Part shown: positions 34,743 to 44,062 of the stretch, piece after piece
How the letters are laid out: each line of letters begins with the position of its first letter
Numbering within the stretch: position 1 is the first letter of the stretch
DNA from: an uncultured Ruminococcus sp.
GTDB lineage: Bacteria > Bacillota > Clostridia > Oscillospirales > CAG-272
Reading direction: 5' to 3'
Assembly (NCBI GenBank): GCA_964630635.1
Contig: CAZVVM010000002.1
Coordinates: forward strand, 1 to 49,776
Length of the DNA stretch: 49,776 bases
The notes under the pieces: model-generated
Databases searched by the model: none
Told to the model about the DNA's origin: nothing
What the model saw: the letters and a program-made list of their open reading frames with translations, nothing else
Position numbers and translations under genes: made by a program

Positions 34743-36935
34743 ATGAAAGAAGCAACAAAGAAAAACGGCAAATCGAGAAACAGGGAGTATATACGCAATC
34801 TTGTTTTGATGCTCCTCTTTTTCCCTATTGCCGTTTTTTATCTTGAAATGGTCGTGCGTCTTCGCACGATAGGCGTGCCGACGGGAATTGAGCTTGCTAA
34901 TATCTTCTTCTTTTCATTCTCGTTCGGCGCTATGATATCCTTTATACTGTCGCTTATAAAGGACCGAACGGCACTTCGGATAACGGCGATAATTCTTACC
35001 GTCGTGCTTGCCATCGTCCTCGGCTCGCAGATGATATATTTCCAGATATTCAGGTTTTATTACAGTCTCGAAAGCACGTCGATGGCTGGCGAGGCAATGA
35101 CCGATTTCAGCAAGGTAATGTGGAGCGCTATCGGCAATAACTTCTTCTACATTCTTCTGCTTGCCGTTCCGACCGTTCTTATGGCGGTATTCAGCGGTAA
35201 GCTGACCTATTATCCGATAAAAAGAATTCCCCCTATCTTAAACTATTTCTGCGCGGCGGTGATGGCGCTGTCGTTTATACTCGGCTCGGTGTCGGTTGCG
35301 TCCGACGGCGGAGACTACGGCTCGCTTTATTATTACAAGTACCACGATCCGACCGAGAGCGCTGGTAAGCTCGGAATTCTGACGTCGATACGGCTCGATC
35401 TTCAGGCGTATCTTTTCGGAGAGCTTGAGGAGAAGGTCGTCGTCGAATCGGGAATGAACGATATTGATAATCCGTTTGAAACGGGCGGCAATGGAACAAC
35501 CGAACCGAATGGAACAACCGAGCCGAATGGAACAACCGAACCGAATGGAACAACCGAACCGAACGGAACGACCGAGCCGCCGGCTTCTCCGATAATTTAC
35601 GGCGACAATATAATCGAAAATCTTGATTTTTCCAAAACGAGCGGGAAAATTGGGGAACTAAATAGTTACTTTACCTCGCTTACTCCGACGAAGAAAAACG
35701 AGTATACCGGAATGTTTGAGGGTTATAACCTCATATTCCTTACCCTTGAGGGCTTCTCGCATCACGTTATTGACCCGAACCTCACGCCGACACTTTATAT
35801 GATGGCGAACGAGGGCTTCGTTTTTGAGAATTTCTATAACAGCGTCTGGGGCGGATCGACGTCAACGGGCGAATACGCAAATCTGACGGGAAATTTCTAT
35901 TACAGTACCAAGTGTATGACGGACTATATAGCGAATACCTATCAGCCGTTTGCGCTCGGAAATCAGTTCAAAAATCTCGGGTATACGACTAAGGCGTACC
36001 ACGCATGGACCTATACTTATTACAACCGTGATGAGTCACACCCCTCACTCGGCTACGAATGGATAGCGTATAACAGAAACAATGTCAAGGATTATTCGGG
36101 TCTTGAGAATTATACGTTTGAGGACGGAACGAAAATGAAATTCCCGTGGGTGCCGTCCGATCACGATACGGCAAAGATCACGGTGAACGATTTTATTGAT
36201 AAAGAGCCGTTCCACGTTTACTATATGACGATAAGCGGTCATGCGAACTACAACTGGTCGGGAAACAATATGTGTAAAAAGCATAAGGCGTTTATAAACA
36301 GCTACTGTCAGCAGTATGGGCTTGATTATTCGGAAGAGGTCAAGGCGTATCTTGCTTGTCAATACGAGGTCGAGCTTATGCTGACCGAGCTGGTAAATAA
36401 TCTTCGCGAAGCGGGAATACTTGACAGAACCGTTTTTGCAATGGGTGCAGACCATTATCCTTACGGTCTCTCGAACGCTTCGCTTGCCGAGCTTTACGGT
36501 CTGCCCGAGAGCGGAATAAGCAGCAATTTCGAATTGTACAGGAATGCCTTCATAATTTGGAATTCCGCTATGGAAGCGCCGATACACGTTGACACCCCCT
36601 GCTCGGCGATCGACATTCTGCCGACGATTTCGAACCTTTTCGGGCTTGAATACGATTCACGCCTTATGGCGGGAACCGACGTTCTCTCCGACACTGAACC
36701 GATCGTTATTATAAACTTCGATAACGGTGCCGGTTCATGGAACTGGCTGACAAGATACGGTTCGTACAAGACCTCATCGAAGAATTTCACACCTGCCGAG
36801 GGTTTTGCCGCGACCGACGAACAGATTGCCTCTTATGTTAAGAGCGTAAACAACCTTGTTGCCGCAAGGAAAAAATACACCTATTACGTTATAGAAAACG
36901 ACTATTACGCATACGTATTTGGAAAGAAATCATAA
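34743..36935 (+). CDS. LTA synthase family sulfatase-like membrane protein
   Basis: Five N-terminal TM helices, a repetitive linker, then a sulfatase/alkaline-phosphatase-superfamily ectodomain (LIFLTLEGFS..., GADHYPYG). Confidence 0.8.
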   Translation: MKEATKKNGKSRNREYIRNLVLMLLFFPIAVFYLEMVVRLRTIGVPTGIELANIFFFSFSFGAMISFILSLIKDRTALRITAIILTVVLAIVLGSQMIYFQIFRFYYSLESTSMAGEAMTDFSKVMWSAIGNNFFYILLLAVPTVLMAVFSGKLTYYPIKRIPPILNYFCAAVMALSFILGSVSVASDGGDYGSLYYYKYHDPTESAGKLGILTSIRLDLQAYLFGELEEKVVVESGMNDIDNPFETGGNGTTEPNGTTEPNGTTEPNGTTEPNGTTEPPASPIIYGDNIIENLDFSKTSGKIGELNSYFTSLTPTKKNEYTGMFEGYNLIFLTLEGFSHHVIDPNLTPTLYMMANEGFVFENFYNSVWGGSTSTGEYANLTGNFYYSTKCMTDYIANTYQPFALGNQFKNLGYTTKAYHAWTYTYYNRDESHPSLGYEWIAYNRNNVKDYSGLENYTFEDGTKMKFPWVPSDHDTAKITVNDFIDKEPFHVYYMTISGHANYNWSGNNMCKKHKAFINSYCQQYGLDYSEEVKAYLACQYEVELMLTELVNNLREAGILDRTVFAMGADHYPYGLSNASLAELYGLPESGISSNFELYRNAFIIWNSAMEAPIHVDTPCSAIDILPTISNLFGLEYDSRLMAGTDVLSDTEPIVIINFDNGAGSWNWLTRYGSYKTSSKNFTPAEGFAATDEQIASYVKSVNNLVAARKKYTYYVIENDYYAYVFGKKS
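35490..35579 (+). repeat. in-frame 18-nt tandem repeat x5 (NGTTEP)
   Basis: aatggaacaaccgaaccg occurs five times with 1-3 substitutions and encodes NGTTEPNGTTEPNGTTEPNGTTEPNGTTEP. Confidence 0.9.
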
Positions 36936-36936
36936 A

Positions 36937-37707
36937 ATGAAAACTGTAATCAAGGTAGGAACCTCGACCGTCGCACACGAGGGCGGTCGGCTTAACATCA
37001 GAAGAGTAGAGGAGCTTTGCAAGGTCCTCTCCGATCTTAAAAACGCAGGAAACGAGATAATACTCGTTTCATCGGGCGCTATCGGAATGGGCGTCGGTAA
37101 GCTGGGGCTTGATAAGCGTCCGACCGATATGCCGACAAAGCAGGCGGCGGCAGCCGTCGGTCAGTGCGAGCTTATGTATACCTACGACCGACTTTTCTCG
37201 GAATATAACCATACCGTAGCGCAGATACTTTTGACTGCGTCGGACGTTAAAAACGAGGAGCGTCACGAGAATTTCAAAAATACGCTTAACCGTCTTATCG
37301 AGCTTGGCGTTCTTCCCGTCATAAACGAGAACGATACGATAGCGACGGAAGAAATTGCCGTCGGTGATAACGACACGCTTGCGGCGATAGTTGCCGAAAG
37401 CGCGGGGGCAGACCTGCTCGTTCTTCTTTCGGATATCGACGGGCTGTATACCGCCGATCCTCATAAGGACGAAAACGCAGTGCTTATCCCGACGGTGAAC
37501 GAGCTTACCGACGAGATAATCGCCCTCGGCGGCGAAAAGGGAAGCTCACTCGGTACGGGCGGAATGAAAACGAAGCTTTCGGCGGCAGTTATTGCCACGG
37601 ATGCGGGCTGTGATATGATAATCGCAAACGGCGCGGATCCGAAAATTCTTTACGATATTTTTGAAAATAAGAGCGTCGGAACGAGATTTGTAGGCAAAAA
37701 GAAATGA
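36937..37707 (+). CDS. proB: glutamate 5-kinase (short form, no PUA domain)
   Basis: [19 protein letters not shown] and NENDTIA motifs. It lies in an operon with proA and proC. Confidence 0.92.
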   Translation: MKTVIKVGTSTVAHEGGRLNIRRVEELCKVLSDLKNAGNEIILVSSGAIGMGVGKLGLDKRPTDMPTKQAAAAVGQCELMYTYDRLFSEYNHTVAQILLTASDVKNEERHENFKNTLNRLIELGVLPVINENDTIATEEIAVGDNDTLAAIVAESAGADLLVLLSDIDGLYTADPHKDENAVLIPTVNELTDEIIALGGEKGSSLGTGGMKTKLSAAVIATDAGCDMIIANGADPKILYDIFENKSVGTRFVGKKK

Positions 37708-38963
37708 CAACGAAAGAAATACTTATAAAGGCGAAAAACGCCAAAAACGAGCTTCTGCTCCTCTCGACCGAGGAGAAAAACAAGGCGCTGAACGCTATGG
37801 CGCAGGCGATACTTGAAAATGAAGCTGAAATTTTAAGTGAAAACGCTCTTGACCTGAACGCGGCAAAGGGCGTTATCTCCGACGTTATGCTCGACCGTCT
37901 TGCGCTCGATCACAAGCGCGTGAGCGATATGGCAAAGGGAGTTATGGCGCTTATCGACCTGCCCGATCCCGTTGGGCGGGTAATTTCCGAGCATACGCTC
38001 GAGAACGGACTGACGGTGAAAAAGATGTCAGTGCCGATGGGCGTTATTGCAATAATTTACGAGAGCCGTCCGAACGTCACCTCGGACGCGGCGGCACTGT
38101 GTCTGAAGAGCGGAAACGTCGCGGTTCTTCGCGGCGGCAAGGAAGCTTTCAGAACCTCTTATGCGGTCGTGAAAGCTATGAAAAAGGGGCTTGAAGCCGT
38201 TGGAATGAACCCCGATTTTATCAATATCGTGACCGATACGACAAGAGAAAGCGCAAACGAGCTTATGACGGCAGTCGGATACGTTGACCTGCTCATTCCG
38301 AGAGGCGGAAAGGGACTTATCCGCGCCTGCACCGAGAATGCGACGGTTCCGTGTATCGAAACGGGAACGGGAATCTGTCACATATTTGTTGATGGATCGG
38401 CGGATCTTGATAAGGCGCTTACGATAATTGAAAACGCGAAAACACAGCGTCCTTCGGTGTGTAACGCAGAGGAGGTTTTGCTCGTTCACGAGAGCGTTGC
38501 TTCCGAGCTTCTGCTGAAGCTGAAAGCGCTTTTGGTTGACGCGCGGGTGAATGCGGGTAAGACGCCCGTCGAGCTTCGTCTTGATGGCAAGGCGGCAAAG
38601 ATAATTGACGGAACGCCTGCTTGCGAGACCGATTTTGATACCGAGTTCCTTGATTATATTCTCGCCGTCAAGATCGTATCGGACGTTAAGGAAGCGGTAG
38701 ATCATATCGCTCTCCATTCGACGCGCCACAGCGACGGAATAGTTACCGAAAACGAAAAGAACGCGCTTTATTTTACGACTTGCGTCGACTCGGCGGCGGT
38801 GTACGTCAACGCGTCAACACGTTTTACCGATGGCGGACAGTTCGGGCTCGGCTGTGAGATGGGAATCTCCACCCAGCGACTGCACGCAAGAGGCCCGATG
38901 GGACTTAACGAGCTGAACACTTATAAATATATAATAACCGGAAACGGACAAGTAAGAAAATAA
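37704..38963 (+). CDS. proA: glutamate-5-semialdehyde dehydrogenase
   Basis: 419 aa with [17 protein letters not shown] and HSTRHSD motifs. The start overlaps the proB stop. Confidence 0.95.
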   Translation: MTTKEILIKAKNAKNELLLLSTEEKNKALNAMAQAILENEAEILSENALDLNAAKGVISDVMLDRLALDHKRVSDMAKGVMALIDLPDPVGRVISEHTLENGLTVKKMSVPMGVIAIIYESRPNVTSDAAALCLKSGNVAVLRGGKEAFRTSYAVVKAMKKGLEAVGMNPDFINIVTDTTRESANELMTAVGYVDLLIPRGGKGLIRACTENATVPCIETGTGICHIFVDGSADLDKALTIIENAKTQRPSVCNAEEVLLVHESVASELLLKLKALLVDARVNAGKTPVELRLDGKAAKIIDGTPACETDFDTEFLDYILAVKIVSDVKEAVDHIALHSTRHSDGIVTENEKNALYFTTCVDSAAVYVNASTRFTDGGQFGLGCEMGISTQRLHARGPMGLNELNTYKYIITGNGQVRK

Positions 38964-38964
38964 T

Positions 38965-39762
38965 ATGAGAATTGGATTTATCGGCTGCGGAAATATGGGC
39001 TCGGCGCTTGCGCGCTCGGTTATGAAAAGCGTTTCCGCGTTTCACATTGTAATAAACGACGTAAATAAGGATAAGGTCGACGCGTTTTGCTCCGAGACGG
39101 GGGCGATGACGGGAGACCTTAACGAGGTTGCGTCGGACTGTAAGTACATATTCCTCGCAGTCAAGCCGCAGATGCTTGCAGATCTGGCGAAGGAGCTGCG
39201 TCCGATGCTTGCCGAGAGAAAGGATGGATTCGTTCTCGTCTCGATGGCGGCGGGAATCACGACCTCGCGCCTATCGGAGCTTTTCGGAAATTATCCGACT
39301 GTGAGAATAATGCCCAATCTTCCCGTGTCCGTAGGCGAGGGAATGATACTTTATACCGCGACGGAGAACGTCAGCGAAAGCGACCTTGACGGATTTCTCG
39401 ACTTGATGAAAAACGCGGGCGCTCTTATGCGTCTTGACGAGGATCTTATCGACGCGGGAACGTCGGTTTCGGGCTGCGGTCCCGCATTCGTTTGCCAAGT
39501 CATAGAGGCGCTTGCAAGAGGCGGTGAAAAGTGCGGTCTGACTTACGAGGACGCGCTCGTTATGGCGGAGCAAACGCTTATCGGAACGGCAAAAATGCTT
39601 ATCGAAACGAAGGGCGACCCGAACGCGCTTTGTAAAGCGGTCTGTTCTCCCGGCGGAAGCACGATAGAGGGAGTTAAGTCGCTTGAAAACGACGGTGTCG
39701 GTGATGTCTTTGCCCGCGCGGTCGGCGCTTCCTATAAGAGAAACGTTGAACTTGGAAAATAA
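38965..39762 (+). CDS. proC: pyrroline-5-carboxylate reductase
   Basis: IGFIGCGNMG Rossmann N-terminus, RIMPNLP and SPGGSTIEG motifs. Confidence 0.92.
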   Translation: MRIGFIGCGNMGSALARSVMKSVSAFHIVINDVNKDKVDAFCSETGAMTGDLNEVASDCKYIFLAVKPQMLADLAKELRPMLAERKDGFVLVSMAAGITTSRLSELFGNYPTVRIMPNLPVSVGEGMILYTATENVSESDLDGFLDLMKNAGALMRLDEDLIDAGTSVSGCGPAFVCQVIEALARGGEKCGLTYEDALVMAEQTLIGTAKMLIETKGDPNALCKAVCSPGGSTIEGVKSLENDGVGDVFARAVGASYKRNVELGK

Positions 39763-39771
39763 GAGGTATAA

Positions 39772-40224
39772 ATGAAAACGGTAAACATTTACACCGACGG
39801 CGCCTGCAGCGGTAATCCCGGCCCGGGCGGATACGGCGCGATACTCGTTTATCACGAATACGAAAGGGAGCTGTCCGAGGGCTTTGCGGAGACCACGAAC
39901 AACCGTATGGAGCTTCTCGGCGCAATAAAGGCGCTTGAGCTTCTAAAGGAGCCGTGCCGTGTGCTTCTGACGTCGGATTCAAAATATCTCGTCGACGGGA
40001 TCAATCTCGGCTGGGCGAAGAAGTGGAAGAGCAACAACTGGTTCAAGCCCGATAAGAAAAAAGCACAGAATACCGACCTATGGGAGCAGCTTTTGACTCT
40101 TAACGAGCGCCACGACGTGACGTACGTCTGGGTAAAGGGTCACGCAGGTCATCCATACAACGAGCGTTGCGACCGTCTCGCCGTTGAAGCGATCGAAAGA
40201 ATAAAGAACGAAACGAATGAGTAA
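39772..40224 (+). CDS. rnhA: ribonuclease HI
   Basis: [27 protein letters not shown] and [18 protein letters not shown] motifs. Confidence 0.93.
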   Translation: MKTVNIYTDGACSGNPGPGGYGAILVYHEYERELSEGFAETTNNRMELLGAIKALELLKEPCRVLLTSDSKYLVDGINLGWAKKWKSNNWFKPDKKKAQNTDLWEQLLTLNERHDVTYVWVKGHAGHPYNERCDRLAVEAIERIKNETNE

Positions 40225-40258
40225 AATAACCGAGAGAAATCCTCTCGGTTATTTTTTT
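40225..40258 (+). terminator. Rho-independent terminator
   Basis: Stem aataaccgagag / ctctcggttatt followed by a T7 run. Confidence 0.75.
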
Positions 40259-40289
40259 CGCCTCTGTGAGGTATTTTTGGTAAACATTG

Positions 40290-40318
40290 TTGACTTTATG
40301 CTTTATCTGTGTTATAAT
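40290..40318 (+). promoter_or_regulatory. consensus sigma-A promoter
   Basis: TTGACT, a 17-nt spacer, then TATAAT. Confidence 0.65.
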
Positions 40319-40363
40319 GTTTACATTGATAACCTAATCAACCCTATCCAAAAGGAGAAAAAT

Positions 40364-42052
40364 ATGGCAAAGAATAACGTAAATTACGTATATGAGACAG
40401 AAGACGTTACGACTATAAAAGAGCTTATGGCGCGCTCGGTCGGTCTTTACGCCGAGCGTCCCGCGTTTTTGCATCAGGACGGCGGCGAGGTGAAGGAGAT
40501 CACCTACGCAGAGGTAAACGAAGAGATGATCGCGCTTGCGACATACCTCCGCAGCAAGCTCCCCGAGGGAAGTAAGATCGCAGTAACGGGAAAGAATTCC
40601 TACCGTTGGGCGCTGACGTATCTCTCCGTAACGAGCGGAGTCGGAGTAATCGTTCCGATTGATAAGGACCTTCGCGGCGAGGAGATCGCGGGGCTTATTA
40701 ACGATTCCGAATCGGCAGCGGTCGTATATTCTCCCGAGCAAGAAGAGAAGATCGCAGAGGTAAGCAATTCTTGTCTTAAGCTTAATATGGATCTGTTCCC
40801 CGAATATATTGAAGAGGGTAAGGCACTTCTTGAAAACGGAGACACCTCTTACCGCGACCATAAAATAAATCCGCACGAGCTTGGCGTTCTTCTTTACACG
40901 TCGGGAACCACGGGAGTTGCAAAGGGCGTTATGCTCTCGCAGTACAATATCTGCTTTGACTTGACTCACGCGCTTCGACGTGTAAAGGTATATCCGACTG
41001 ACGTTGCGCTTTCGATCGCTCCGCTTCATCACACCTATGAAACGACGGTCGGACTCCTCGTAATGCTTTATTCGGGCGTAGCAGTTGCATATAACAGCTC
41101 GCTTAAGCGTCTTCAGCAAGAACTTAAGATATACCGTCCGACGGTTATGGCGGCGGTTCCGCTTATCCTTGAGACGTTCCGTAACGCGATCCTTAAAAAG
41201 TATAAGAAGATCAAGGGCGGTAAGCTGATATTCTCGCTCCAGAAGGCGGCGTCCGATATAACGGGCAATAAGGCGGGTAAAAAGATCTTCGGTATCATAA
41301 GCGAGACCTTCGGCGGCAGAATGCGCCTTATCGTTTGCGGTGCCGCGCTTCTTGCCCCCGAGGTGTTCCGTGATTACGAGCACTTCGGAATTAAGCTTCT
41401 TATCGGCTACGGTCTTACCGAAACGGCACCTATCTCGCTTATGCACAGCGACTTCTACGATGCTCCTGACGATATCGGTTATCCCGTTTCGGGCGTGTCC
41501 GTAAAGCTTGACGACGTGAACGAGGATGGCGTCGGTGAGCTTCTTATCAAGGGTCCGAACGTAATGCTCGGCTACTATAAGAATCCCGAGGAAACCGCGC
41601 GCGTTATGACCGACGACGGTTATTTCCGCACGGGCGACCTTGCCCGTCAGAAGCCGAACGGCGCGTATCAGATCGCGGGCAGAGCGAAGAGTATGATCGT
41701 TTCACCCGGCGGCAAAAAGATATTCCCCGAGGAGCTTGAGCTTTATCTCGAAAAGAGCGAATACGTTAAGGAAAGCTTGGTTTACGAGGAAAAGAACGAC
41801 GACGGCAGATGGATCGCCGCCGCTATAATTGCAGACGATGAAAACGTCGCTGCAAAGCTCGGAATGAAGCAGAGCGACGACGGATACCTTGCCGCTGAAA
41901 AGGAGCTGTTTACGAAAATAATAAGAGACGTAAACGCCAAATTCCCGAACTACAAGCATATCGGTAAGGTCTATGTCAGAAAAACCGATTTTATTAAGAC
42001 CACTACGAGAAAAATAAAACGCAACGCCCCCGAAAATCTCGACAACGAATAA
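40364..42052 (+). CDS. AMP-dependent long-chain fatty acid-CoA ligase
   Basis: AMP-binding signature LLYTSGTTGVAKGV plus GYGLTE and TGDLA motifs. The ATG at 40364 has an AAAGGAGA RBS. The ORF-track extension to 40217 crosses the terminator and promoter. Confidence 0.85.
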   Translation: MAKNNVNYVYETEDVTTIKELMARSVGLYAERPAFLHQDGGEVKEITYAEVNEEMIALATYLRSKLPEGSKIAVTGKNSYRWALTYLSVTSGVGVIVPIDKDLRGEEIAGLINDSESAAVVYSPEQEEKIAEVSNSCLKLNMDLFPEYIEEGKALLENGDTSYRDHKINPHELGVLLYTSGTTGVAKGVMLSQYNICFDLTHALRRVKVYPTDVALSIAPLHHTYETTVGLLVMLYSGVAVAYNSSLKRLQQELKIYRPTVMAAVPLILETFRNAILKKYKKIKGGKLIFSLQKAASDITGNKAGKKIFGIISETFGGRMRLIVCGAALLAPEVFRDYEHFGIKLLIGYGLTETAPISLMHSDFYDAPDDIGYPVSGVSVKLDDVNEDGVGELLIKGPNVMLGYYKNPEETARVMTDDGYFRTGDLARQKPNGAYQIAGRAKSMIVSPGGKKIFPEELELYLEKSEYVKESLVYEEKNDDGRWIAAAIIADDENVAAKLGMKQSDDGYLAAEKELFTKIIRDVNAKFPNYKHIGKVYVRKTDFIKTTTRKIKRNAPENLDNE

Positions 42053-42068
42053 GGAGCAGTTTGTCACT

Positions 42069-42644
42069 ATGAGAACGGCTAATGAAGCAAACAAGGAAAA
42101 ATTTCTGAAAGCGGCGGTAAGTGAGCTGGAGGAGCACGGAGTTGCCGATTTTTCGATACGGCGCGTGGCAAAAAAATGCGGTGTTTCCTGCGCCGCGCCT
42201 TATAAGCATTTCGAAAGCAAAAACGACCTGCTTCTCGAAGTAATGCGTTATATAGGCAAAAAGTGGAAAAAGGTGCTTGACGGTACGATAGAAGCTCACA
42301 AGGAAGAGCCGACGAAGGATCAGATAGTGGCGATCTGTATGGCTTATCTTACGTTTCTCTGTACCTATCCCGAGTACCAGACGATCCTTTATATGAACGA
42401 CAGGGCTTTTGAGCCGGAGCTTGTCGCAGAGAAGAACAAGCTGTCAGAGGTGACGGTCGGGCTGATAAAGGAGTACTGTATCTCTGCTAACATCGACGAC
42501 GAAACGCTGAAGGAAAAGTATTTCGTTATACGATCGCTTCTTTTCGGCGGCGCCCTGATGATAAATTCGGGTGTTCTTCCTTTCGACAGCAAGACCATGG
42601 ATATGATAAAGTCACACATCGTAAGAGAATTTGATATGCTGTAA
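42069..42644 (+). CDS. TetR/AcrR-family transcriptional regulator
   Basis: N-terminal HTH FSIRRVAKKCGVSCAAPYKHFESKNDLL. Confidence 0.85.
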   Translation: MRTANEANKEKFLKAAVSELEEHGVADFSIRRVAKKCGVSCAAPYKHFESKNDLLLEVMRYIGKKWKKVLDGTIEAHKEEPTKDQIVAICMAYLTFLCTYPEYQTILYMNDRAFEPELVAEKNKLSEVTVGLIKEYCISANIDDETLKEKYFVIRSLLFGGALMINSGVLPFDSKTMDMIKSHIVREFDML

Positions 42645-42673
42645 AAAACAGGGCTTTTCAGCCCTGTTTTTTT
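42644..42673 (+). terminator. Rho-independent terminator
   Basis: Stem aaaaacagggc / gccctgttttt followed by a T-run. Confidence 0.7.
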
Positions 42674-42755
42674 GCGTTTTTCTCTTGATATAATTAAATA
42701 TATTTGATATAATATATAATTGATATAATATAAGTATCTATAAAAGGAGACGACC

Positions 42756-44042
42756 ATGAAAATTCAGGAGCTTATAACCAAAATTTCCGAGGGCTATCTC
42801 GATTCCGCATTCGTTTCACTTTACGGTGAAGCAAACGTAACGGCGCAGAGAGCGCGTTATACCGAGGCGGTAAAGGAATTCGCCTCGATTTACGGCGAGG
42901 ATAGAGACGTAAACCTTTTCTCCGTTCCGGGTAGAAGTGAAATTTCGGGAAACCATACAGACCATAACCGCGGATGCGTAATTGCCGCAGCTATCGACCT
43001 TGACATCATCGCAGTTGCGTCGATGAGCGGAAACGACACCGTAAGAGTAAAGAGCAAGGGCTTCCCCGAGGACGTTGTTACCTGCAATCCCGAAAAGCCG
43101 GACGAAAAGCTTTTCAATTCCTCGTCGTCCCTTATCTCGGGCGTATGTGCGGGCTTCAAGAACCGCGGATATAACGTATGCGGATTTGACGCGTATACGA
43201 CCTCTAACGTCCTTAAGGGCTCGGGAATTTCTTCCTCTGCCGCATTTGAGGTTATGATCGGAAATATCCTCAATTACTTCGTAAACGACGGAAAGATATC
43301 GAATCCCGTAATTGCGGAGATCTCGCAGTATGCGGAGAACGTATATTTCGGTAAGCCGTCGGGACTTATGGATCAGACCGCTTGTGCAGTCGGCGGATTT
43401 TCTTACATAGACTTTGCCGATCCCAAGGCGGCGAAGATCGAGAAGCTCGGATTTGATTTGAGCGCCGAGGGTTACTCCCTCTGTATTACGAATACGGGCG
43501 GAAACCACGCAGACCTGACGGGTGACTACGCGGCAGTTCCTGCCGAAATGAAGGCAGTCGCGGCTGAATTCGGTCAGGAGGTTCTCCGCGGTCTTGATAA
43601 GGACGCTCTCCTTTCCCGCGCAGGCGAGCTTCGCGAGAAGCTTGGCGACAGAGCCATTCTCCGCGCATTCCACTTTATCGGTGAAAACGACCGCGTAAAG
43701 GTGCTTGCAGAGTGCCTTCGTAACGGAGATCTTGACGGCTTCTTTAACGGCGTTAAGGATTCGGGACGCTCGTCGTTTATGTGGCTCCAGAACGTATATA
43801 CGACCAAAAACGTTGAGGAGCAGGGTCTTTCCCTCGCTCTTGCGGTAACCGAGTACGCTCTTTCGGGCACTTCCCGTCCTTCCGCTTGGAGAATCCACGG
43901 TGGCGGATTTGCGGGAACCATTCAGGCGTTCGTTCCGAACGAGGACGTGCCTAACTACAAGAAGGAGATCGAAAGAGTATTCGGTGAAAACTCCTGCACC
44001 GTTCTTAAAGTAAGAAAAGACGGAGCGATCAAGGTTCTTTAA
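42756..44042 (+). CDS. galactokinase-family GHMP kinase
   Basis: PGRSEISGNHTDHNRG resembles galactokinase signature 1, and LKGSGISSSAAFEV is the GHMP ATP motif. No galT or galE is nearby. Confidence 0.7.
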   Translation: MKIQELITKISEGYLDSAFVSLYGEANVTAQRARYTEAVKEFASIYGEDRDVNLFSVPGRSEISGNHTDHNRGCVIAAAIDLDIIAVASMSGNDTVRVKSKGFPEDVVTCNPEKPDEKLFNSSSSLISGVCAGFKNRGYNVCGFDAYTTSNVLKGSGISSSAAFEVMIGNILNYFVNDGKISNPVIAEISQYAENVYFGKPSGLMDQTACAVGGFSYIDFADPKAAKIEKLGFDLSAEGYSLCITNTGGNHADLTGDYAAVPAEMKAVAAEFGQEVLRGLDKDALLSRAGELREKLGDRAILRAFHFIGENDRVKVLAECLRNGDLDGFFNGVKDSGRSSFMWLQNVYTTKNVEEQGLSLALAVTEYALSGTSRPSAWRIHGGGFAGTIQAFVPNEDVPNYKKEIERVFGENSCTVLKVRKDGAIKVL

Positions 44043-44062
44043 TAAAATTCACGAGGGTTAAT

